DNA from: Candidatus Woesebacteria bacterium
GTDB taxonomy: Bacteria; Patescibacteriota; Microgenomatia; UBA8517
Length of the DNA: 64,000 bases
Reading direction: 5' to 3'
Assembly (NCBI GenBank): GCA_020061305.1
Contig: JAGUYM010000014.1
Coordinates: forward strand, 49,372-113,371
Each line of letters begins with the position of its first letter. The first letter of the stretch is position 1. This document shows, one piece after another, positions 38,803 to 48,792 of this stretch. The notes below the pieces were generated by a model. It saw only the letters and a program-made list of their open reading frames with translations, was not told the DNA's origin and did no database searches. Made by a program: the position numbers and the translations under genes.

Positions 38803-39830
38803 TTCTTCAACAAGTATCCTTTACTTCTGAGAGTTTGAATGAAGCTTCCCGATACTCCATTTTTTTCTAACTTTTCTCTTAACCTTTGTATAAATTTAGC
38901 AAGGGCAAAAAGGCTGAAATTGTCATCGGTGTTAAAAATAATATCTGATATTTGATCAAATGAAATGATGTTATTTGAGTTTTTAATTAGTAGATACATA
39001 ACTTGTTTTTCTTTAGGTGTTAAATTAAGAATTGGTTTATTGTTCACTTCTGGAGTTAGCCCATTTAAGTTAAAAGGTTTATCAAAGTTTGGAACATTTA
39101 ATTTTTTGTAATATTCATCGCTTAATTTTTGTAAATTACCTACATCTTTTACTCTTGTTCCTTTAATGGTTGGTATATATTTTTCTTTGCTTTCATATTT
39201 TTGCAATACTTTTGCAAGTTTGGTTTGTGTAACTAAAAAATCAGTAATTATTTCACTTTCTTGCCAAACACCGCCAAGTTTTTGATAGATATCGTTTCTG
39301 GTAAGGGAAGTAATAATTGCCTCGATTATTGCATGTATTCCTTGATCATCTCTTAGATAAATATACATATGTCCTTCGCTTGCGGTTAAGCTAAAACTAC
39401 AGTTAGTACCAGTTTTTGTTGGATATATTTTAATTTCTTTTAACAAATTCTTTTTTGAAGGCAAAAGGTCATAAATTGTTGTCAATATTTCTTTTTCTGC
39501 TTTTTCCCAAATTGTTTTTGTGTGTAAATAATTTGGAGTTTCAGGCTTGTAATTAGCTAGTAAATTCTTAAAATCACTTCTCAATTTTGGGTCGATAGTA
39601 AAAGGATCAGTATAAATATCAATTTTTGTAGTCTTACTCCAAAACCTAGAAATAGACTTGTAATTAAGGTCCGGAAATATAACTAAATTAGTACCAAGCG
39701 CCTTGGATGATTTGGGAAGCACGATAAAATTATTGAGTTTGTAAAACCCAACAGAGACTTGATGCGCTGTGTGGAGGATTCTTTCAGTCTCTGTATCCAA
39801 AGAATATTCCCACTTGGTTAAACTCTTCAT
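38799..39830 (-). CDS. protein with C-terminal OmpR/PhoB-type winged-helix DNA-binding domain and no receiver domain
   Basis: The C-terminus LTPKEKQVMYLLIKNSNNIISFDQISDIIFNT....LAKFIQRLREKLEKNG....IQTLRSKGYLL matches trans_reg_C. The N-terminal 240 aa are unassigned. Confidence 0.55.
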   Translation of the reverse strand: MKSLTKWEYSLDTETERILHTAHQVSVGFYKLNNFIVLPKSSKALGTNLVIFPDLNYKSISRFWSKTTKIDIYTDPFTIDPKLRSDFKNLLANYKPETPNYLHTKTIWEKAEKEILTTIYDLLPSKKNLLKEIKIYPTKTGTNCSFSLTASEGHMYIYLRDDQGIHAIIEAIITSLTRNDIYQKLGGVWQESEIITDFLVTQTKLAKVLQKYESKEKYIPTIKGTRVKDVGNLQKLSDEYYKKLNVPNFDKPFNLNGLTPEVNNKPILNLTPKEKQVMYLLIKNSNNIISFDQISDIIFNTDDNFSLFALAKFIQRLREKLEKNGVSGSFIQTLRSKGYLLKN

Positions 39831-39860
39831 ATACCTATAGTATTATACTCTTGGGGTGGT

Positions 39861-40799
39861 TTAAATTCCACTCACCGATACTCCGGAGTAGATGATTAGA
39901 TAGACAAAAATAACCCAGAGGGTGACAGCAATGATTAAGGCCTTGTCTGTCAAAAGCAGCTTTTCTGGAGCTTCTGATTTACCTTCAAAAATTAGTGCTT
40001 CATATCTCATAATGCCAAAAATAACTATTGGTATTGTTGACATCATTAGTTTGTTTATTGTAGTTGCTCTTGATACTTCAGCCAATACCATCCAGAAATC
40101 AAGTGTTGCCTTTGGACTTTCAAAAAAAGTATATAAACTCCAACTCATCCAGGTGGCATTGCCAAACATTGTTACATAACTATTTAGTAGCTCCTTTGAA
40201 TATTTAGTTAAGCTTGTTCTGGTTTTTCCCTCTATTGCCTCAACTAAATTTTTCTCTGCCCTTCTTTTGCCTGCAGCCAAAAACAAGGAAATTGAAACTA
40301 CACAAAGCAAAAACCAAACTGAAAGGTGAGCATCAATTACCAATGCTCCCGCATAAACCCTTAAAATGAAGCCTGTTGCAATAATTAAAATATCAACAAC
40401 ATGTAAATTTTTAAGCCCCAGACTATAAAAAATTTGAACAAAAAGATATAGAAGCACTAGTCCGAAAAATAGATGGTTTACATATTCAGCCAGAGCAAGT
40501 GAAAGCAAAAGAAAAAACAAAAGTTCAGCAAATGCCAGAAGTATAGGAAGCTTACCTGATGCCAGCGGTCTATATCTTTTAGTTGGGTGAAGCATGTCCT
40601 TTTTGACATCCATGAAATCATTAAAAATATAAGTTGCTGATGTAGCAAAAGAAAAAGAAATAAAAGCAAAAAAGACATTTCTAAAAAGATCTTTGTCAAA
40701 TAAATTTCCTGTTAAAAAAATTGCGGCAAAAAGAGCCAGGTTTTTTACCCAATGAATTGGTCTTGCAATACGAACTATTTGGATCGCCGAGTCAACCAT
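39861..40799 (-). CDS. UbiA-family prenyltransferase (decaprenyl-phosphate phosphoribosyltransferase-like)
   Basis: Eight or nine TMs, the N-terminal PIHWVKNLALFAAIF and Asp-rich loops FNDFMDVKKD. Confidence 0.7.
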   Translation of the reverse strand: MVDSAIQIVRIARPIHWVKNLALFAAIFLTGNLFDKDLFRNVFFAFISFSFATSATYIFNDFMDVKKDMLHPTKRYRPLASGKLPILLAFAELLFFLLLSLALAEYVNHLFFGLVLLYLFVQIFYSLGLKNLHVVDILIIATGFILRVYAGALVIDAHLSVWFLLCVVSISLFLAAGKRRAEKNLVEAIEGKTRTSLTKYSKELLNSYVTMFGNATWMSWSLYTFFESPKATLDFWMVLAEVSRATTINKLMMSTIPIVIFGIMRYEALIFEGKSEAPEKLLLTDKALIIAVTLWVIFVYLIIYSGVSVSGI

Positions 40800-41815
40800 A
40801 ATATAAAGCCTCCTAATGTTAGGGCAACTCCTATGATTGTATAGAGTTTATAAGTACTATTCAAATTAAGGGCCAATACACCCAATATTGCTGTTATCGA
40901 CCAATAAACTTGAGCCACTTGTTTTTTAGAAAGACCAAGATTATCTAGCAATTTATGATGGAAATGACCCCTATCTCCCCAAACTGGAGATTTACCAGCG
41001 AGAATCCTTCTTATTACCACAAAGCCTGTATCAATTAAAGGTACACCCAAAACTACAATTAGGGTACCGACCTTTGTGGTTGAGAGAATTGAAGAAATGG
41101 CTAAAAAATATCCGGCCAAAGTTGCACCTCCATAGCCAGGCATAATTTTTTGTGGAAATTTATGGTAAAGCAAAAATCCCATAAATGCGCCGCCAGTAAT
41201 GCTTGTTAATATTGAAACGGGCCATTGAGTGATATCTGCAGAGTGATACAAAGATAGTGCGGTGATGGTTATTGCAGATACCACAACAACACCTGAAAGT
41301 TGACCGTCAATCCCTTTGGCACCCATATTAATCATGTTCATCATAAAGACTATCCAAAAAACTGCAAAAGTTTTAGAGATGATTGGATTTGTCAAGTCTA
41401 TTATTCCACCCAAAGGATTTGTTAAAAAGTCGATGCCAACTCCAAAATAAACTGGAATTAAAGCTGCTAAAATTCCTAAAAATAGCCTCAAATAGGGGTT
41501 TAGATTGTATCTATCGTCCAAAAAACCCATTAAAAACACTACAAACCCTCCCATTAAAATTGACGCAATATGGATATCTAGGGGAATAAATATTAAAGAC
41601 GAAGTCAAAATTGCTAAAAAAATTGGTATTCCACCGCCTCTTGGTGTTGGCTTAGTATGAATCACCTTTGGGTGTTTATTAATCCTGGGATCATCAAGAA
41701 TTTTTAACCCTTTGGCATACTTAATAATAATAGGAGTAACTACAGACGAAACAACAAAAGATACGATAAAAGGAAATATAAATAAGTTTAATAGTGACAT
41801 TTTAAAATGATCCAA
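40775..41815 (-). CDS. glycosyltransferase family 4 (MraY/WecA-type polyprenyl-phosphate sugar-1-phosphate transferase)
   Basis: Ten or eleven TMs with DDRYNL, NMINMGAKGIDGQLSG and a VIRRILAGKSP-like cytoplasmic loop. Confidence 0.75.
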   Translation of the reverse strand: MDHFKMSLLNLFIFPFIVSFVVSSVVTPIIIKYAKGLKILDDPRINKHPKVIHTKPTPRGGGIPIFLAILTSSLIFIPLDIHIASILMGGFVVFLMGFLDDRYNLNPYLRLFLGILAALIPVYFGVGIDFLTNPLGGIIDLTNPIISKTFAVFWIVFMMNMINMGAKGIDGQLSGVVVVSAITITALSLYHSADITQWPVSILTSITGGAFMGFLLYHKFPQKIMPGYGGATLAGYFLAISSILSTTKVGTLIVVLGVPLIDTGFVVIRRILAGKSPVWGDRGHFHHKLLDNLGLSKKQVAQVYWSITAILGVLALNLNSTYKLYTIIGVALTLGGFILWLTRRSK

Positions 41816-42167
41816 CTAAAAAAATTATCTTGATAACGGTAATTGCCGAAAGAATATTTAACGAAAAAGCTGTAATGATTAGAGTTTTTTTAAAAAAATG
41901 ACTATCTATTTTCAATGCAATCAGGCAATTAACTAAAGTTAAAACGACTGCCAAGATTGGTGGAATTAAAATATAAATTGACCTGGCAATTTGTAGATTT
42001 CCATAAGGCATCCCATAAAAAAGTGGAATTTCAGGAGGAAGTATAAATTGAGAAAGTAAGGTAAGTAATGTAATTATTAAACCAAAGACAAATGAAAAGA
42101 CGACAAGTTTTGAAAGGGGCAGTTTTTCGAGTTCGGGTTTTAAGTTTATCTTTTGATATATAGCCAT
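41802..42167 (-). CDS. small 3-4-TM membrane protein
   Basis: 121-aa hydrophobic ORF overlapping both neighbours in an operon-like arrangement. Confidence 0.35.
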   Translation of the reverse strand: MAIYQKINLKPELEKLPLSKLVVFSFVFGLIITLLTLLSQFILPPEIPLFYGMPYGNLQIARSIYILIPPILAVVLTLVNCLIALKIDSHFFKKTLIITAFSLNILSAITVIKIIFLVGSF

Positions 42168-43633
42168 ATTTGAGAGGATCCAATTTCTCTAACTATGTAA
42201 TAATTTGCTTGAACAAATTCATCAAGTTCTGGGAATGTGTATGAGTTTTCAGTGATAACTATAAATTTAGGGAATGTCTTTGATAATATATCAATAACTT
42301 CTTGTGGATTCGAAAAATCTCTGAAATGATAATCTGCAACATATTTTGTAGGTGGAAGTCTTTTGGAAAGTGTATAAATTGCGGATGAATCATTACTCCA
42401 GACAAAAACTTTCTCATTTGGCCTGGCTGAAGTTTTTAAAAATTTCGCAACTTCATAGTTTTCAGATACTTTTTCTGAAAATCTATTAAAATACTCAACT
42501 TTTCCAATTTGTTTTGTGGCAAATTGAATAAAGTTTTTATAATAATTTATGGTTGAATAATGCCAGAATTTAAAATAAAAAGGTACAAAGAAAAATAAAG
42601 TTAAGGGAACTATAACCATAACTTGTTCGATATTTTTTAATGTAAAAAGCATGCCAAATAATATTGCAGTAGGCGCAATTGATTGTAAAAGATAATGGGG
42701 ATATGGCCTTTCAGAAAGTGTTGCTGCAAAAAGTGTTGTTAAAAGCCAAGCTGTAATAAAAACAAATTGTTTAGATAGATTATTTCTTTTTAGCCATAAA
42801 ATTATAAAGCCAATAACTATTATCACAAATCTAATTAAAAGTGGAGCATTTTTCTCCAAGAATGGCTTTTGTATATCACTTGCGCGCCAACTACTGACAT
42901 AGCCAATATTTTGCAAATATGCTGCAACAATATATTCTTTTATGGAGCCTGCAAAATAAAACCAAACAAAAGTCAGGCCGATTGGTATTACAAATCCTAG
43001 TGTTAAAGCTAAAATTTTTGTAACCAATAGTTTTAAATCTTGAGTCTTAAGTCTTGTGTAAATAACCCAAAAGGCAATAATTGCCAAAATATCAAAAGCA
43101 GCGACTATTTTAAATAGTGTTGCAATTGAAAATAAAAATCCAACCCAAAATATTTTTTTGAGATTATCTTTGGCCACAAAAAACAGATTGAGGGCAAGAA
43201 GGGTAAAAAGCATCATAAAGTTTTCTGCATTGGCAATATTTCCTTCGAGAGTGGGAAGTGTAGTAAAAATTCCAAAAAGGAGAGTGGAAACCATTTGAAG
43301 TCTCTTTTTGTTTGGGAATAGATTTTTTACTAATTTCCAGAACAAATAAACTGAAAATAGGCTAAAAATTGCCAGTAAAACTTTAAACATAAATAAATTA
43401 CCAGCTAAAGCTGCCGTTAAGTAAAGAAGTGGAGGTTTATTATCATGAAGACCAGAATAAAGCGGAACACCTTGTCTTATGCCTTCTCCAAGTGTCATAT
43501 AAATCATCTCATCGCCGTAATAATAAGGCTCAAAAAAACTGGGGATACGAAGTAGAATCAGAACAGCAAAAAATATCTCCAACCAAACAGGTGTGTCTAT
43601 TTTGGAAATAATTTTGTTCCAGAAATTCCTCAT
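42146..43633 (-). CDS. GT-C membrane glycosyltransferase (GT39 / ArnT-PMT-like, COG1807-type)
   Basis: An N-terminal loop with YYGDEMIYMTL (a DE-type motif) and 11 or more TMs. It contains an in-frame (AAGACTY)x2 repeat. Confidence 0.65.
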   Translation of the reverse strand: MRNFWNKIISKIDTPVWLEIFFAVLILLRIPSFFEPYYYGDEMIYMTLGEGIRQGVPLYSGLHDNKPPLLYLTAALAGNLFMFKVLLAIFSLFSVYLFWKLVKNLFPNKKRLQMVSTLLFGIFTTLPTLEGNIANAENFMMLFTLLALNLFFVAKDNLKKIFWVGFLFSIATLFKIVAAFDILAIIAFWVIYTRLKTQDLKLLVTKILALTLGFVIPIGLTFVWFYFAGSIKEYIVAAYLQNIGYVSSWRASDIQKPFLEKNAPLLIRFVIIVIGFIILWLKRNNLSKQFVFITAWLLTTLFAATLSERPYPHYLLQSIAPTAILFGMLFTLKNIEQVMVIVPLTLFFFVPFYFKFWHYSTINYYKNFIQFATKQIGKVEYFNRFSEKVSENYEVAKFLKTSARPNEKVFVWSNDSSAIYTLSKRLPPTKYVADYHFRDFSNPQEVIDILSKTFPKFIVITENSYTFPELDEFVQANYYIVREIGSSQIWLYIKR

Positions 43634-43663
43634 CTGTTATAATATTAACATACAAAAGCCTTT

Positions 43664-44047
43664 ATGAAAATTAAATCATTAACGCCAGAACTTTTAGTTG
43701 AAAATGTGCAAGTTACTATTGAATTTTATGAAAAAATTCTTGGGTTTAAGATTAAATTAAGTGTCCCGCAAGAAAAGCCGTTTTTTGTTGTCATGATCAA
43801 GGATGACATAGAAATTATGCTATACGCACGTCAAAATTTTGAAGATGAAATTGATGAACTAAAGTTCCTGAAAACCGGTGGTACATTTATGATTTATTTT
43901 AAGGTTTTAGATATCGAGGAGTTTTATAAGACAATAAAAGAAAAAGCTGAAATTATACAGAAACTTCATGATACAGAGTATGGGTCTAAAGAATTCATTA
44001 TCAAAGACAATAATGGTTATTTTTTAGGATTCTTTCAAGATGTGTGA
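43664..44047 (+). CDS. VOC/glyoxalase-bleomycin resistance family protein
   Basis: 127 aa with the paired beta-alpha-beta-beta-beta pattern (VQVTIEFYEKILGFK ... MLYAR). Confidence 0.7.
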   Translation: MKIKSLTPELLVENVQVTIEFYEKILGFKIKLSVPQEKPFFVVMIKDDIEIMLYARQNFEDEIDELKFLKTGGTFMIYFKVLDIEEFYKTIKEKAEIIQKLHDTEYGSKEFIIKDNNGYFLGFFQDV

Positions 44048-44101
44048 GGAAAAATTAAAGATATTGACAATTGAGTGTAAGTTAGCTAAGATTAGCTAAG
44101 T

Positions 44102-44332
44102 ATGATAGTTGCAAATATACATGAAGCCAAAACAAACCTTTCCAAGCTCATATCTGCCGTTATGAAGGGGGAGGAGATTATTCTTGCTAAAAGCGGTCTG
44201 CCTGTTGCAAAAATCACTCAATTAAATCAAGACAAGATATTAAATTCTTATGGAAAATTCAAAAATAAAATTTTTATGCCTGACAACTTTAATGAGGAAG
44301 ATTCAAAAATAAATAAACTGTTCTACGAATGA
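44102..44332 (+). CDS. vapB: type II antitoxin (Phd/VapB-like)
   Basis: 76 aa starting MIVANIHEAKTNLSKLISAVMKGEEIILAKSGLPVAK. Its stop overlaps the PIN gene start (ATGA). Confidence 0.65.
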   Translation: MIVANIHEAKTNLSKLISAVMKGEEIILAKSGLPVAKITQLNQDKILNSYGKFKNKIFMPDNFNEEDSKINKLFYE

Positions 44333-44691
44333 AATATTTATTAGATACAAGTATTTTGATTTGGTGGCTGACTGGAGATAATAGACTTAAAACTGAAACA
44401 AGAGGAATAATTTCAAGTAGTAGTTATGTAAAATATGTAAGTGTTATTTCAGTTTGGGAAATAATTATTAAAAGTCAGGCAAAAAAATTGAAGTTAGTGG
44501 TTCCGTTAAAAAAAGTTTTGGATGATTTTGGTTTTGAGATATTAAATATAAATTTAGATCATGTATTAAAAATGGATGCCTTGCCTTTAATTCATAAAGA
44601 TCCATTTGATAGAATGCTTATTGCTCAATCCATGGTTGAGAACTGCAAATTATTAACTTCAGACAAAAAAGTGTTGAAATATTTTAATTAA
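44329..44691 (+). CDS. vapC: PIN-domain toxin VapC
   Basis: MKYLLDTSILIWW with acidic residues at the PIN positions (D6, E-x-I, D near the C-terminus). Confidence 0.8.
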   Translation: MKYLLDTSILIWWLTGDNRLKTETRGIISSSSYVKYVSVISVWEIIIKSQAKKLKLVVPLKKVLDDFGFEILNINLDHVLKMDALPLIHKDPFDRMLIAQSMVENCKLLTSDKKVLKYFN

Positions 44692-46172
44692 ACCTTTTCA
44701 GTAACTTTGTATTCGATATACTTCCCCAACATCAACCTTGTGTGTGCGTCAATGCCGGGGAGAGCCCCAAAGAAAAATCCGACCAAGGGCATTAAAACAA
44801 ATTCAAATGGTGAAAATATTCTTTTCCAAACCGAAACATTTTTTGGTTTATAAACATTATCTATAAAAATCATGACAATAAGAAATGACAAGGAAAGGGT
44901 AAGAATAATTGATGACATTTTAGGAACCATAAAGCCCAAAGCAGTTCTTCCAAATGCAGGATTTATAATTGTTGGAAGTGTTAGTCCAATTGTGATAATA
45001 AACCAGTTTACAGGCCACATAAAATGTGACCATATTACATGGATCACCCTTGTGGTTTTGTCCCAAAAAGGAATTTTCCTATCAACTATATAATTTTTAA
45101 TAATCCAAGGGTCATCAGATGTTCCCCAAGCCCATCTTTGAATTTGGGAATACTGGTTTTTGAAAGTCTGCCAAATATTGTGGGATTGTACCGCATCTGC
45201 AAATAGGGGAAGATAAATTGGTTCCACCTCAACACCACCACCCATTTTATAAAAAGATTTAAAGAATATTCCCCAATCCTCAGGTATTTTATCTGCATCC
45301 CAATAACCGGATTTATGAAGGAGTTTAAATGAAAGTGAATAATGGCCAGGGCCGATTATTAATCTATCTTTTCTTGGAAGTTGTGACAAATTCCAAATAG
45401 ACATTAAAGTATTTAATACCCTAATTGGAGATGGTACCTGCCAAATATTGTTGTAAAAAAGAATTACAGGTTGCCAGAAATATTTATATCTATTTGGATT
45501 GTCTAAAAATTTAAAAGAAAGTGCAGAAAAATAATTTTTGTTAAAAGTGTGATCTGCATCGCAACTTGTGACTGTTAAATATTCTAAATCTATACTTTTT
45601 GTTTTTAAAAATTTATTGTGATACCATGTAGCAGCAAATTTTTCATTTGATGCTTTACCCACGACTTCCCCAATTTTTAATTTGTGGACAGTTTGATAAA
45701 ACCCCCCAAAGAATTTGCCATACTTAGAGTTTAGAGTTTTGAATTTAGAATTTCTATCAATTTCTAACTCTTTTTCTTCCATGGCAATTATTATTTGAAT
45801 TTGTTTGGTGGGTAAAGTTTGGCAGATCAGGGACTCCACTGTTCTCTCTAAAATATAAAGAGGTTCCTTATAAGTTGGAATGATTATTAGATGATTTAAT
45901 TTTTTCCAATCATTAAAAGTTTTAAGGTCAGATAGCCAGTCATAATTTATAGATGCCTGAATTCTAGTGTGGGAAATAATTGATGTAATTGCAATTAAAA
46001 AAGATTGGTAAAACCAATAGACATTAAATAAAAGAACAAAATAAGCAACAAAGTTAGGAAAAACAAAAATCCCCCAATAAGGAAGAAGGATCATATTCCA
46101 AGAAAAAAAACCCGGTAAAATTTCCAGAAATCTTAATGTAAGTCTTTCGTTTTTGATAATCCAAGCTCTCAT
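44688..46172 (-). CDS. processive family-2 glycosyltransferase (cellulose/chitin-synthase-like), membrane embedded
   Basis: IIIPTYKEP, DxD-like CDADH, and the processive-GT2 Q-x-x-RW motif (QIQRWAWG), flanked by TMs. It contains an in-frame AATTCTA/AACTCTA heptamer repeat (NSKFKTLNSK). Confidence 0.65.
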   Translation of the reverse strand: MRAWIIKNERLTLRFLEILPGFFSWNMILLPYWGIFVFPNFVAYFVLLFNVYWFYQSFLIAITSIISHTRIQASINYDWLSDLKTFNDWKKLNHLIIIPTYKEPLYILERTVESLICQTLPTKQIQIIIAMEEKELEIDRNSKFKTLNSKYGKFFGGFYQTVHKLKIGEVVGKASNEKFAATWYHNKFLKTKSIDLEYLTVTSCDADHTFNKNYFSALSFKFLDNPNRYKYFWQPVILFYNNIWQVPSPIRVLNTLMSIWNLSQLPRKDRLIIGPGHYSLSFKLLHKSGYWDADKIPEDWGIFFKSFYKMGGGVEVEPIYLPLFADAVQSHNIWQTFKNQYSQIQRWAWGTSDDPWIIKNYIVDRKIPFWDKTTRVIHVIWSHFMWPVNWFIITIGLTLPTIINPAFGRTALGFMVPKMSSIILTLSLSFLIVMIFIDNVYKPKNVSVWKRIFSPFEFVLMPLVGFFFGALPGIDAHTRLMLGKYIEYKVTEKV

Positions 46173-47578
46173 ATGCGAGGGAATAATGGCTCTACTGATT
46201 TAATTTTCGGGCCTTTAAAATCATCTAAAATTTTTTCTGCAGTCTGGGGCATAAATGACTGCAAGTTATACGCTATATGCCGTATGGTCAAAATAGATTC
46301 TTGCAAAAAACTTCGTAAATCTTTCCCCTCGAGTTTCCATGGTTCTATTTCATTTGTTTTTTTGTCCAAATCTGATATTTTTTGCCAAATTAACTTTAGG
46401 GCTTCATCAAATCTATAATTTTCAATATGTTTTGCAACATTTTTGTCAAAATGGTTTTTGTTGCCAATTTCAAACTCAAAATCACTCTTTTCTGCAAGTT
46501 TAGTAACTCTGGAAACTAAATTTCCAAGTCCATTTGCAAGGTCTGCATTATATTTTTGATCAAATGCCTCAAGTGATATGTCACCATCGGTTCCAAATGC
46601 TACTGCAGATATTAACAAATATCTTGATCCATCAACTCCATATTTATCAACCAGTTCTTGGGGTGTAATTACATTACCTAATGATTTAGACATTTTTTGA
46701 CCATCTCTGGTAAAAAAACCGTGTGCAAATATAGTTTTGGGCAGTTCAATTTCTGCTGCAATAAGAATTGCCTCCCAAATTACAGCATGAAACCATAAGA
46801 TATCCTTTGCCATCAGGTGCAAATCTGCAGGCCAAAAGATTTCTTTATTTTCTAAAAAGCGCGTCGCAGAATAATAATTCATCAACGCTTCGACCCAAAC
46901 ATAGCAAGTTTGATTTTTGTCCCATGGAAGTGGGATTCCCCAAGTTACACCTTCCCTAGATATAGAAATGTCTTCAACTCCTTGCTCAATTCTTGCCAGG
47001 ACTTCATTTTTTCTGATCTCGGGAAGAATTTTATAATCACTATTTTTTATTTTGGGAAGAACTTCATTTTCAACAACTTCTTTTAGTTTAAAAAAATAAT
47101 TTCTTTCTTTTTGATACGAAACATCTTTATCTGGATGGAGTGGGCATCTGTTGTTTAACAATTCTGATTCTTTATAATATCTCTCGCAACCAACACAATA
47201 TGGCCCTTCATAGGTTCCCGGATATATATACCCTTTGTCATGTAGTTTTTGTAACAAGTCAGACGCTATTTTTTCATGTCTTGGATCGGTTGTTCTTATA
47301 AAATAATCATAATTAATATTTAAAAGTTTCCATGCCTCTTTAAATTTGGGCACAATTGAGTCAGCAAACTCAATTGGAGTTTGGTTGTTTTTTTTAGCCG
47401 ACTCAGCTATTTTTTGTCCATGCTCATCTGTCCCAGTCAGAAAGAAGACATTATCTTTGCCAAGCTTTTCTCTGTAATATCTAGCAATAATGTCAGCAGC
47501 CAGTGTTGTATAAGTACTTCCTATATGTGGTGCGTCATTGACATAATAAATCGGTGTGGTTACATAATATTTCTTCAT
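46169..47578 (-). CDS. metG: methionyl-tRNA synthetase (core only)
   Basis: YYVTTPIYYVNDAPHIGSTYTTL (HIGH), a Zn knuckle C-x2-C...C-x2-C, and KMSKSLGN. Confidence 0.9.
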   Translation of the reverse strand: MKKYYVTTPIYYVNDAPHIGSTYTTLAADIIARYYREKLGKDNVFFLTGTDEHGQKIAESAKKNNQTPIEFADSIVPKFKEAWKLLNINYDYFIRTTDPRHEKIASDLLQKLHDKGYIYPGTYEGPYCVGCERYYKESELLNNRCPLHPDKDVSYQKERNYFFKLKEVVENEVLPKIKNSDYKILPEIRKNEVLARIEQGVEDISISREGVTWGIPLPWDKNQTCYVWVEALMNYYSATRFLENKEIFWPADLHLMAKDILWFHAVIWEAILIAAEIELPKTIFAHGFFTRDGQKMSKSLGNVITPQELVDKYGVDGSRYLLISAVAFGTDGDISLEAFDQKYNADLANGLGNLVSRVTKLAEKSDFEFEIGNKNHFDKNVAKHIENYRFDEALKLIWQKISDLDKKTNEIEPWKLEGKDLRSFLQESILTIRHIAYNLQSFMPQTAEKILDDFKGPKIKSVEPLFPRI

Positions 47579-47889
47579 CTGAAGCTATTATACTAGGTTG
47601 TAAATGGCTATTCCACAATAGTTGCCTTTTCTTCGAGCAGCAATTGTAAGGCCATAAGCTTCAAATTATTAGAACTATCATTTAAGATTATAAAACTTTC
47701 AGAGCTGGGACCACCTGCAACCTCGAACTCATGTTTTAAATCATCAATTAAATTCTGAATTTGGAAAGTATCGAGTTTCCTGTATTTTTTCAGAAATGAA
47801 TTTAATGTAGATTCTTTTTCAATTGCCATTTTGATTTTATTTTCCTTTTCTGAGTAAGAAAGAAAAGCAATAAAACTGATATATTTAGG

Positions 47890-48321
47890 TTATTTTGGAT
47901 TAGTAGGAGTGAAGTTGGGAATTTTTGGTTGCTTAAAAACTCCTAAGATTTCATTGGCTTTAGTTATAATCTCGTTGATATTTTGGACTGTCAAATCAAC
48001 ATTTTCACCTATTCTTTTAGTTATTACAACGCCCTTAAATTTATCTCGAACTGAAAAGTTTGCAGTACCTAATCCCACATTATCAATGCCTCTATTTAAT
48101 ATTTCGGCTGCAACGGAAGTAGCGGCCATATTGAGAACAAGATTAACTTGGGCAAATCTATCTTTGCTGGGATCTACTAACAGTAGATATCTACCAAAAC
48201 ATTCCATATTAGAGGCACCTGTGTCTTTGAGACTATTGTTTAGCATATCCCTAATTTTGTCAGGTAGATCAGCCCATTCCTCCCTTGATGTTTTTAATAC
48301 CTCTTTAGATTCCTTTGTCAT
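47890..48321 (-). CDS. hypothetical protein
   Basis: 143 aa with no recognisable motif. It is preceded by a (CTT)6 microsatellite at 48326-48345. Confidence 0.35.
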   Translation of the reverse strand: MTKESKEVLKTSREEWADLPDKIRDMLNNSLKDTGASNMECFGRYLLLVDPSKDRFAQVNLVLNMAATSVAAEILNRGIDNVGLGTANFSVRDKFKGVVITKRIGENVDLTVQNINEIITKANEILGVFKQPKIPNFTPTNPK

Positions 48322-48474
48322 CTTTGAAGTTTACTTCTTCTTCTTCTTCTTCTTTGTCAACTTGAAGTTGGGATTTTATATTTTTGTAGTCTTTTATGAT
48401 GAAAGCGAAAATTGTTTATTTTCTCACTCCATTTATTGGCCCAATCGTCTGCCTCCATCTGAGCGAGAGAATTA

Positions 48475-48771
48475 TTATTCAATCTCAGTTATCCTATTCA
48501 TTCCTAATTCAGGAGCAATTTTAAATTCTCCTTTGTCCTTAATGAAATTTTGTTCTACATTCGATACCAATTCTGCAGTAAGTTTAGAATCTGCGAAATC
48601 ATGAATTGAACGATTTTGAATATCAGGATTTATTAATAAGTATTCAAATCCATAACAATTTGCCAGATTTATAGATATTTCGTTTGGCACGATTGGATCA
48701 TCTTTAGCTATTAGTATTTTGCAATTAACGCCCCTTGTCTTAATCAGATCACCCACTGTTTTATATTTCAT
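48475..48771 (-). CDS. hypothetical protein
   Basis: 98-aa ORF with no recognisable motif. Confidence 0.3.
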   Translation of the reverse strand: MKYKTVGDLIKTRGVNCKILIAKDDPIVPNEISINLANCYGFEYLLINPDIQNRSIHDFADSKLTAELVSNVEQNFIKDKGEFKIAPELGMNRITEIE

Positions 48772-48792
48772 AATTTCTTCTCCCGACGGTTT

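Noticed and set aside
47909-48604. Plus-strand 231-aa ORF spanning two minus-strand genes and the (CTT)6 tract.
   Set aside because: It is poly-F/L low complexity generated by reading AT-rich and CTT-repeat DNA. It overlaps two better-formed minus-strand ORFs in operon-like spacing.
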